Below, piece by piece: positions 11,533 to 21,910 of a stretch of 48,894 nucleotides of DNA. How positions within the stretch are numbered: the stretch's first letter is position 1; every line of letters starts with the position of its first letter. The stretch is taken from assembly GCF_001194135.2 (NCBI RefSeq), contig NC_068990.1, positions 52,881,073-52,929,966 of the forward strand. The letters are read 5' to 3'. The translations under genes and the position numbers were made by a program. The notes beneath the pieces were generated by a model. That model saw only the letters and a program-made list of their open reading frames with translations, was not told the DNA's origin and made no database searches. Origin of the DNA: Octopus bimaculoides. Taxonomy: Eukaryota.

Positions 11533-11695
11533 GATAAATTTTCAGATTAACACCCACATGATTTTCACTAGGACGTTAGGGTTAGGGTTTTAGGGTTAGG
11601 GTTGTAGGGTTAAGGTTAGAGTTTTAGGATTAGGATTGTAGGGTTAAGTTTAAGGTTAGGGTTTTAGCGTGCAGGTGTTAATCTGAAAATTTACC
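11533..11695. mobile_element. Non-autonomous DNA transposon (MITE) filled with telomere-like repeats
   Basis: 22-bp TIRs gataaattttcagattaacacc and ggtgttaatctgaaaatttacc; 8-bp flanking direct repeat aaacctcc/aaaccttc; interior ~11575-11667 is (TTAGGG)-like. Confidence 0.8.
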
Positions 11696-13058
11696 AAACC
11701 TTCAAGCACATTTTCTGAAGTGAACTTCTTAACTGCTCATTCACTCTCTCTCTCTCGCGCGCGCACGCTCATGTTCAGCACAATTTCTGTCTACTAAATT
11801 TTACAAGGCATTGGTCATGTAGTAAAAACTGTTTTGTTTGGCGGCTTATAGGTAATGAAAACTAAACCAATTTAAAACAAGTTCTCTCATTGGTTGCAAA
11901 TATTTCAGCCAAAATATTCTAGGTTTTAGCCAGAATTCTTCTAAATGATATTTCGGAACGCTTCTAGAAACTTCAATGGGAAATTATAAAAGCCAGGATT
12001 TTTTCCGATTTTAGTTAGTAGATAGCCTGCCTTCTGGAAGTTATGTCACTCAAACTCACATACAACACTCCTTATATTTTGACGTTCTTGCACTAATGAT
12101 ATAAGACATTATACTTCTCAATAATGACCTTAAGTCATAAACCTAACTATTTCTGTAGTGTAGTTTCGATGGACTAGATTAGTAATTCCTGTCACTTCTT
12201 GACGGATAAACTTTTAGACAAAAGACTAGAAAATAACATTCCCTATACGATATGTTTCCAGTTTCTTTTCATTGACAAAGGGAGATTACTCCCGATGTAT
12301 TTATTATTTTTTTTATATGTATATCCGTGAAATAAAAAGATTCGACTGAAACTATCTTTGTAATTGATCTTTTCTACACTTTTCCACAAAAAATGTATTT
12401 AACTATTCTTGTCATTCTACCAATAGCAAGTTGCAAAAAGAAATGAGTTTAACTGGAAGACGCATACACATCACACACAACATATTTAGTCAACTCAATT
12501 AGATCGTATCCGATGGATACATCCTCAAACCACTGAATCTATACGAAGACAAAAAATAGAAGTCAAACTAAAACATGAGTCAATCTGAGATGATGGGAAA
12601 ATAACACTTGCCCAAAATGCTGCATTCCGGATTGAACCCAGAGCTGTGTAGTTTCAAAGTGAATTCTTTAACTTCACAACCACACCTACACCCATTGCAT
12701 GTATAGTTAACTGAGATAGTAACATTTAAAAAGTAATATTTTGTATAGTCTGTGTTATTTTTAGTTTATATGATTGAGCAATGTTATTTAGATAGATCTT
12801 CGTTTAAACTCACCCCACCAACCCACTATTGTTACTCTTTGAAATGTATTACAGAGTGGATAGTTCTGAAAATTGAAATCCCATTTTCAATGAAGTTGCT
12901 AAAGATAATTATAACAATGGAACTTATCATGGTACAACTACATCACTTATGACCACCACTCCTGTCTTAACTCTACTACAATGTTAAATTGTACTTGAGA
13001 AGCTCAAGTGTGGTTTTCAGAAATATATACCAGTTTTGTGCAAAATTAAGAGACTTGT

Positions 13059-13099
<41 letters not shown>

Positions 13100-15058
13100 A
13101 ATATTAGTTCATTTCCAGTATGGAAACACTTAAGAACTTTGCTCTTTGCTGTTATTGTCATATATTTTGGTTACTTACTTCAAATGTCTGTCTTAGATTC
13201 CATTATTGAACTCTTCCTGTGTTAGTTTTTTGACACCAACAGTAATTTAGCCACATCATGATGTTTTATTTTTAATGTAAATTCTGCACATTGAAATTGA
13301 TAAAGCTTTTAAGCAGTGTTGTCTCACCACCACCACTTTCCTGCTTTTAAACTGATGTCAAACCTCAAACAGGATCTTCTTTTATTGACACTGTGGTTCT
13401 AGTTTGAATATGATACTAGCTAAATCTGGCAGATCACTTAAAAACTGAAACTAAGTTTGATGGCATTACCTTTGCAGATGCTAGTTAGTGAAACTACATT
13501 GTTGTTGCTAGTGTGGTGATGTATATTAATTGCTGTGCAGCTTTTTCTTACTCTGTGGCTGATGGTAACACTCAGAACAATGCAATAAATTTTTTATTGT
13601 TAATGAGTTGACTCTATCTCTTATTCACGAGGAGCTTACTAAACTGAACCCTTCAAATTGTAAATCATTGTTACCAATGAATTAACACTTTCAAAACTAT
13701 AATACGCAGCAGTAATGAAAAGGATATCAAACTACAAATCCTCTTGATAAGTGACAAGTGATATTTGAAGTCAGTCTGCCCCTCTCTCCCCCCCCCCAGT
13801 TTTTGGCAGGTGTTGCTAAGCTGCTGCAGTTGAACAGCTTTTCTTTAACAATTTGAAAAAATAAATCTTTATCTCTGGTAATTGATATTTCAACACAGTT
13901 GTTAAATGTCATTTAAAAAATGTTGTTGCTTTTAAGATGCTTTTATGTTTGAAATGAAAATGCTTCATTGGAAACTAAAATATTTTTGAAATCTGCTATA
14001 TTTTTCATTACCACTGAATGAATTTAGTCCAAGGTGACCTGGCATAAATTTTCTATGATATTAATATGGTTCTTGTTTATGAAAATTAAAGAGCTGTATT
14101 GCTTTGAAACCAGAAAAGCATTTGAATTAAACAATATATCTGCCTGTAATTATAAGTAAGAAAGACAATTAAATATTGAACTACATCTACATAAAGATTG
14201 CTGTAGCATATCATAGCATATCACTCTATGGAGATTATTACAACAGCAATATTTCTGTTCTGCTTGAAATGAATAGCAAAACCTTAATAATTCTAATTTG
14301 AATATATTTTGGAGGTTTATTTTCAAAGGCCTTGATACAGCTGTTATCCCATATGAAATCATATTACACAACTAACTCTTATTTACCATGATGTCTACTT
14401 CCTGACTTCATTTTTAAATTTATTCACTTCTTTATCACTTGCAGTTAAGCCAGCCCTCATGTATTGTTGACTTCCTTTTTCTGTTATAGTTATTTCTTTT
14501 GGGTTGTTTTTTCCCCCTCCATTCAAAAATTTTCTTCAGTCTTCAAATCTGCACTTTTAGACATTCTATCCCTATGAGCTCTTTCTTTAAAGATCTTCGG
14601 AATCATGTGTTTTCATTGAGCCTGGCATTACATATTTCTTTAGTTTGATGGTTGCATTGGGAACTTGCAAAATAAACCAAACTGAAGTAAGGTGAGGATG
14701 TGACTAGCTATCAAAGATATATATATATATATAAGANNNNNNNNNNNNNNNNNNNNNNNNNNNNNNNNNNNNNNNNNNNNNNNNNNNNNNNNNNNNNNNN
14801 NNNNNNNNNNNNNNNNNNNNNNNNNNNNNNNNNNNNNNNNNNNNNNNNNNNNNNNNNNNNNNNNNNNNNNNNNNNNNNNNNNNNNNNNNNNNNNNNNNNN
14901 NNNNNNNNNNNNNNNNNNNNNNNNNNNNNNNNNNNNNNNNNNNNNNNNNNNNNNNNNNNNNNNNNNNNNNNNNNNNNNAAATGGTTGTGAGAGCTGTTGA
15001 GAATGAGATGTGTATATGTAAAATAATTACATCTTATTTCATGATGTTAGCTTTAGTA

Positions 15059-16311
15059 TTAGGTTATTATGAAAATAATGGCTGCTCTAAGTGTTGTGTT
15101 TTGAAACGAAATTTTATCATAGTATTTTAATTATATTTTAGGTGAATTTCGGCATACTTATGTATGCTCTTTAATAATTTTCTACTTATTTCAGAGACAG
15201 AAAACATTCTTCAGGCATAGGTGCCCTTAAGTATGAGCATGACAAAAAAGGATCTTCGATTACTTTTCTTGCATGAGTTCAAGCTTGGGCACAATGCCTC
15301 CCAAACTGCTGCCAGTATCAACAGAGCATGGGGAGAGGGGTCCACAAGTGATTGCATAGTACGAAAGTGGTTTCAGAAATTCTGTAGTGGTGATGAGAGC
15401 CTTGTAGATGGAAAAGGTAGAGGACAGTCATGCAGTCTTGACAATGAACAATTGAAAGCAATTGTTGAACAACACTCACATCAAAGTGTCAGAGAAATGT
15501 CTCAAGCATTGGTATTGCAATGATCTCACGCAATCTGCAGAAGATTGGTAAGGTGAAAAAGCTTGATAAATGGGTACTGCATGAGCTCAATGAAAATCAA
15601 GAAGTTTGGCATTTTGAAGTGTGCTCAATGCTTTTTCTGCGAAACACTAATGATCCTTTTCTTGACTGAATAATCACTTGTGACAAAAAGTGGATCCTTT
15701 ATGATAACCTTAAATGATCACATCAGCTTTGGCTTTGGGAAATGTTTGGGGGACTCACCATAATCTTATGGTGACTGTCTGGTGGTCTGCAATTAGTGTT
15801 GTCCATTACAGCTTTCTGGAAGCCAATCAAAGCATTACAGCAGAGATTTACTGCAATCAACTTGGTGAAATGCATGCTCATTTGCAAAAAATGAGACTTG
15901 CATTGGTGAACTGGCAATGACTCAATTCTGCTCCATGATAATGCAAAGCCACATGTTGCAAGAATGACGCTGCAGAAACTCACAGACTTGAGATACAAGA
16001 CTTTACCACACCCTCCATATTCTCCTTATCTTTCACCCACCGACTACCATTTTTTTTTAAAGCATTTAAATACATTTTTAAGTGATAAAACTTTCAGGTC
16101 CAAACCATAGGAAGAATCAGCTTTCAAAGATTTCTTAGCATCAAAGCCAATAAGTTTTTATCATCGAGGCATAAATAATCTTGTTGATTGATGGCAGAGA
16201 TACATAGATGTTCACAGTTCATACTTTGACTAATCAAAACATTTCTATTGTTAATTTTTCCAGAATGAAGTTATGTTTCTGAAATCGGCCATTATTTTTG
16301 GAACAACCTAA
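15059..16311 (+). mobile_element. Near full-length mariner (Hsmar1/SETMAR-like DD34D) element with a pseudogenised transposase at ~15233-16233
   Basis: TA-flanked TIRs ttaggttattatgaaaataatggc and gccattatttttggaacaacctaa; translation shows LFLHEFKLGHNA, WVLHEL, ITCDKKW, LLHDNAKPHVA, HPPYSPYLSPTDYHFF, with stops and frameshifts. Confidence 0.93.
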
Positions 16312-16741
16312 TAGTTTAAAATCTAAACTTTAGATGATACAAGATAGTATCATCAAATAGTGACAACTACTTGATGTGCAGGTTTATTTTTTTATCACAT
16401 TACCAATTTGTAAAAAGAAAGCAAAACAAAAATAGCTATGTTAGAAAATGGCGATAATTGTGAATTATTAAACTGTAAATGTTTAAACTTTTGGCATTCT
16501 GATTGCTCTGTCAAATGTAAGGCTTATTTATTCATGCTGTTTTGAATTAATTGTGCATTATCTCAGCTTTGAGATTTCCATCATGTGATTGTTGATTTTT
16601 AGAATGACATTGTAAAGTCGGTATGAGAGGCTGAATCTAGCCAGTTTGAGCATAAAACAGGTAGAATATTGGGCTGGATATGACTGGCTTAAATGTTATA
16701 ATGTTAAATATTTTAAATTGGAAATGTATTTTATTTTGCAG

Positions 16742-16775
16742 GTATTTCTGGGAAGGAGAAGTCTTTGATTGTTTG
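16742..16775 (+). CDS. Candidate 34-nt exon of an unidentified host gene
   Basis: Strong acceptor tgtattttattttgcAG and strong donor TTG|GTAAGT; reads (R)YFWEGEVFDCL in phase 2 or (G)ISGKEKSLIV in phase 1. Confidence 0.55.
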
Positions 16776-17597
16776 GTAAGTTTTGTCTTTTTCTAGTTAA
16801 AAATAGCAAATTTTTACTTTTTTCACCTTAGTTTGGCCTGAATGTTTCTAAAAACTGAAGCATTTCTTTATTACATGTGTTTTTTTATGTTGTACAACCT
16901 TCCTCCTTTCTACAATTATTACTATTACACGAGACATTAACTTTATTAAATCTGATCTCATGATGAAAGAACAGTCAAGATTTTTAATGTTAGACATGAT
17001 CTACACCAATTTGAAATGGAGAAGCCTCTTGATATGATTTGAACTTCATATCTCTCACTTGCTGATTGACCATGTTACCAATTGAACCACACAGCAATGC
17101 CATCTGCTTCAATAAAGTTCTTTAATTTGTTTCTGTTATTTGAACTATTCTGTTAAATTAGCAGAAATACCAAATGATAGTCACATGGTTTAAGTATTAG
17201 CATCAGTGAGCTTCTTTCTCTTTTCTCAAATTGATGTTACTGCTGTTTAATATCTCTGATTTCATCACTTATCTTCATATCTACTTTAATCTAGCTGCAC
17301 TGATGATCATATAATATTTCTTTTACATAACATATTAGCATCACTCTTCATTAACATTAGTGGTTTTGTTTGTTGTTTTACATTAAAATACAACCAGCAA
17401 TTCATAGGACTGCTTCCATCTGCAGTTCCACAGCCTGTAGCCATCTATGGTTGCCTCTCAATCTCACTTTGATTTAATCAGATGATAAAACTTGTTTTTT
17501 TATTTAATATTTCTTTTTCTTTTAACTATTCTACTAAAACTATTGGATATTTCAAGGTACCCATGACTGAACTATTTGTTGGTTTAAGCTATCTTAA

Positions 17598-18969
17598 CCT
17601 TTCGTGGGTCAGTGGGGTTGGAATTACAAAAAAGGCCATTGGTGTCCCCGAGGGATCCCTTTTTATTTTTGTGTATTTCTGCACTATCCATAAAGTTATA
17701 TTTGTTTAATCTTGTATATATCTGTGAGTGCATGATACAGAACTAGAAATTTAGCACTTGATAGGTATATATTTGTAATTATTAGAGTTTAATGGAAGGG
17801 AATTTAAATATAATTTATTGACCAAAAAAATCCTTTATTGAAAGAAATTAATACTTTTTAAATAGTTTTATAAACTATACATATAGTACTAAATATAAAA
17901 TAAAACAAAGTGCCACGCCCTAGTGGTTGAGGGAACCTGTGGAAGAGGTAGACCCAGGAATCCCTGGGATGAGGTGGTGAAGCACGACCTTCGAACATTA
18001 GGCCTCACCGAGGCAATGGCTAGTGACCGAGACCTTTGGAAATATGCTGTGTGTGAGAAGACCCAGCAAGCCATAACCTGTGGCCTATGCTAGGGGTGTA
18101 ACCAGCCCACTTATGCGTACCTTTCCTTCATTGGACACTAAACTCTGCTTGTGAAGACCTGTTGAGGCAAGTGAAATTGAAATCGAATAAAATTTAATGA
18201 CTGGTACCCATGCCAGTGGAGTGCTAAGAGCACCATCCGAGTGTGATCAGTGCCAGAGCAGCTGTCTGACTTCCGTGCTGGTGGCATGTAAAAAGCACCG
18301 TTTGAGCATGATTGTTACCAGCGTTACCTTACTGGCACTTGTGCCGGTAGCACATGAAAAAAACATTCGAGCGAGGTTGTTGCCAGTGCCGCTGAACTGG
18401 CTCCTGTGCAGGTGGCACATAAGAAACACCATTTGAGCATGGCCGTTGCCAGTACTGCCTGACTGGCCCTCGTGCCAGTGGTATGTAAAAGCACCCACTA
18501 CACTCTCGGAGTGGTTGGTGCTAGGCATCCAGTTGTAGAAAGTCTGCCAGATCAGATTGGAGCCTGGTGCAGCCATCTGGTTCACCAGTCAAATCGTCCA
18601 ACCCATGCTAGCATGGAAAGTGGATGTTAAACAATGATAATGAAAACAAAATTATTTAGTATATTGATTCATACCAGTACAAATGCTAAGAAAATTGACT
18701 TATAGTTGATCAGAATATCTGAAAAAAGAACAGAAAAAAATAATTTCACACAATATGATACCTGGGGTTCAGTTGGACTTCAGATATCATATTTTATGCT
18801 TTAACATCCATATGACTGGAAACTTTCAACTCAAAATTTGTACGTGCATATATAAACTTTTGACAATACAAGTCATGAGATATAAAATTATTTAGATTAA
18901 AAAATGTAAAAGTTGCGTAACTTTTAAAATTTGCTGAGGTCCCAAGGGACCCTTGTGGCCCACGAAGGG
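17598..18969. mobile_element. piggyBac-type non-autonomous element interrupted by an RTE insertion
   Basis: TTAA|cctttcgtgggtca at the left end and tggcccacgaaggg|TTAA at the right end; subterminal ggtccc/gggacc palindromes at both ends. Confidence 0.75.
17907..18642 (+). mobile_element. 5'-truncated RTE LINE (ORF end plus 3' UTR), same family as 3563-5105
   Basis: Alignable by eye to 4336-5105; aaaacaaa on both sides is a possible TSD. Confidence 0.88.
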
Positions 18970-18999
18970 TTAATTTTATGTTGGAGAAGGAAGCCCCTC

Positions 19000-19345
19000 T
19001 TATTTTTCTTTCTTTTGGTTCTTTTATGTGAATTGATTGGAGGAGGAAACAATGCTTTTTGCTGTTGTAAAGGCACCATATTTTCTTAATTTATTCTAAT
19101 CTTTTACATATTTTACCTGGCCACTTGGCTAAATTGTTCATGGTATCTCCAATATTTACATTAAAGATCAAGTAAAAGCCTACAAGATTTGGTTTGGTCA
19201 CAACGTACCAATTTAATTTTAGCATCATCTAGCAAATGGAACCAAGATATGCAAAAGTCCTCTGTAGTTCTGATTTCAGTTTTGAATGCCTGTATTAGCA
19301 CTAAATCTGGAGCTGGCTCTAAATTTACTCTTCGTGACACCATCT
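19000..19345 (-). mobile_element. Highly decayed RTE-like RT fragment
   Basis: Minus strand gaggacttttgcatatcttggttcc restores EDF.YLGS with one frameshift. Confidence 0.3.
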
Positions 19346-19879
19346 TAATTTTTTCAATTTCATCTTAAACCTAGTAAAATGCAAGAACATTATATATCCA
19401 AAATATCATATGTAGTTTTCTTCTGAATTATTCAAATTTGTGTCTATAATTATATTTTTATGAGAGAAAACTACAAGGATTTTCTATAAATTAACCTGTA
19501 AGGGAGGAGAGAGTCCTCAATCATTGTAAAGTTCTTCCACATTTAAATTGGAAGAATTAATTTTTCTTGTGTGGAAATGGTGCAGTTAGTTAATGTTTCA
19601 TTTTAATTAATGCTGAAATTTTTTAGATAGTGGTGAATGAATTACAAAAAGGGATGTAGCTTTCAGGATGAAGGAGTTAGTAAAATTGTTCAAAGCTTTC
19701 CAGGCTCTTGTGAGAAGAGAAGTGAGTATATATTGACAGGTTTAGAGTTAGTGAAATAAATGGCAATATATCTGAGTGTTTTCATAATATTTCAACAGAT
19801 CTTACACAGGGGATAGCAGAATTGATAGAGCAACAGTTGAAAAGCTTTGTTGCTTATGATGCTTTATATATCATCATGA

Positions 19880-20345
19880 TGTAATATCCTCCTTCTATGC
19901 TGGCATGGGTTGGTCAATTTGAGAGGAGCTGGCCAGACAGGAGCTGCACCAGTCAGGAGCTGCACCAGACAGGAGCTGCACCAGACAGGAGCTGTACCAG
20001 ACTTCTGTCTGTTTTCGCAGGGTTTTACAGCTGGATGCCCTTCCTAACACCAACCACTCTGTTGAGTAGACTCAGTGCTTTTTATATGGTACAAGCACAG
20101 GCAAGGTCAGTTTGGCATGGTTTTTATGGCAAGCTACCCTCTCAATTGCTGACCACTTTGCAGTAGATGCTTTTTAAGTGGCACCAGCATTGGCAGGGTC
20201 ACCAATAACTTTGCAAGACACGGATCCTTTGAGAGGGGAGGGGGCATTAGAGAAGGATATCTCGTGTTAGATGATGAAAGGTTATTGTGAGACAGAGAGA
20301 CAGAAACAGGTGTCTTGCTGTAGGAGAGGTACATGGTTACCTGGC
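19880..20345 (-). mobile_element. RTE-3'-end-related repeat containing a 16-bp tandem expansion
   Basis: Shares atgctggcatgggttgg and ctggatgcccttcctaacaccaaccac with the RTE 3' UTR family; (aggagctgcaccagac)x5 at ~19924-20002. Confidence 0.65.
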
Positions 20346-20761
20346 CAGAGAGAGAGATAGGGGATGGGAGAGAGAGAGAGAAATGAGGACAAAAATAGGT
20401 GTGCTGTTGTAAAGGTGATACATGGTTACTCAACCTAAGGGAAAAGCAGGAGAAGGAGAGAGAGAGAATGGGAGATTGCAAGAGTGAAAGCGAGAGCAGG
20501 AGAGTGATGATGGCAAAATGCTGGGCATACTCACAAGGGACGGGGATCAGAATATAAATGGGATGGTTGAGTAAAAGAAGAGAGAAATAGATGGTGGAAA
20601 GTGCCAGGGAACTTTAAAAATGTTTTTATTACCAATTTTTCTGAGGAGATGGGGTCTATCCATAGTCATTCTTAGGAAACGAAACTGTTAGACTTTTATT
20701 TTTTCAGTATGCTTGTTTGAAGCGATCACTGTGAAAACAAACTGTTACGCAGAATGTAAAC

Positions 20762-20995
20762 AAACAGTATATGACAGGAAAGCCCACAAAATAGGGGATC
20801 AAAGTTTGGAAAATTTGTGGAGCAAATACTGGGTACTGCTGTGGATTTAGTTTTTATACAGGGAAAATAATGTTAGTCAGCATGGCCTAGGGTACGATGT
20901 AGTCTGGAATTTATCACTTCCATACCATAACCAGGGCCATATATTAGTTTTTGACTGATCTTTTTAGTTCGATCAAACTTGCGGTGGATTTAGGT
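20762..20995 (+). pseudogene. piggyBac (PGBD-type) transposase fragment
   Basis: Translates KQYMTGKPTK*GIKVWKICGANTGYCCGFSFYTGK/NVSQHGLGYDVVWNLSLPYHNQGHILVFD, matching the piggyBac QY.P.KP.KWGIK.W and second-D region. Confidence 0.85.
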
Positions 20996-21550
20996 GGATT
21001 CCAGTATTTCAGTTTATTTCACCTTTAAGGTACGCCTGTTCTGTTGTGCATTAAATTCAACTGATAATGTAGTGATGTGCACAATTCTTCTATATCAAAA
21101 TTTTATTGCATATCCAATTGAATATTAGCTGATGATTTATTTTCTATGGTGATGTTTAAACAAAATTTTAATATTTTTACCTCTTGCTCATTTTACCTGG
21201 ATTTACCTGTTATTAGAGTCACTTTGAGACAAAAGTTATGCAGTAGTATTGATTGAGAATCCTTTCTTTAATTATGTTCCAAATATCACATTAATATGTT
21301 GATGAGGAAAAAGTTACAGTTGTTTAATGAAACTAGTCTAAATTCATGATTATTTTAGAATTTAATTGAAACTCATGAGGGGTGTATTTGGTCAGAAATA
21401 TAATAATGAAAGGGTTAAATGTTAATTATTCCTGTACATTTAGTTGTTTTGAATTCAAACAATTTCTTTATCTAAAGAAAATATTCCTATCTTTTAAATG
21501 ATGTAAGTTTAAACACAAGAATTTTTATTTAGCTTAATGCAGTTATCACT

Positions 21551-21910
21551 CATCATCATCATCATCATCGTCGTCGTTTAACGTCCGCTTTCCATGCTAG
21601 CATGGGTTAGACGATTTGACTGAGGACTGGTGAAACCAGATGGTTACACCATGCTCCAATCTGATTTGGCAGAGTTTCTACTGCTGGATGCCCTTCCTAA
21701 CGCCAACCACTCCAAGAGTGTAGTGGGTGCTTTTACGTGCCACCAGCACGAAGGCCAGTCAGAAGGCCTTGGCAACGGCCGCGCTCAAAATGGTGTATTT
21801 TATGTGCCTTCGATGGCACTGGCAACAATCTTGCTCGAATGTCTTTACACGTGCCATCCGGCACAAGTGCCAGGAAGGCGATGCTGGGCACAGGTGCCAT
21901 GACGGTTTCA
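21551..21910 (-). mobile_element. RTE 3' UTR fragment with (GAT)n tail
   Basis: Reverse complement of ~4720-5105; (CAT)n at 21551-21570. Confidence 0.85.

Noticed and set aside
11575-11667. TTAGGG tract considered as a chromosome end or fusion scar
   Set aside because: Short, degenerate, single orientation, and enclosed by TIRs and a TSD
16479-16708. Possible TTAA-flanked MITE just upstream of the 34-nt exon
   Set aside because: Resembles a remembered octopus repeat, but the TIRs are too decayed to demonstrate from this sequence
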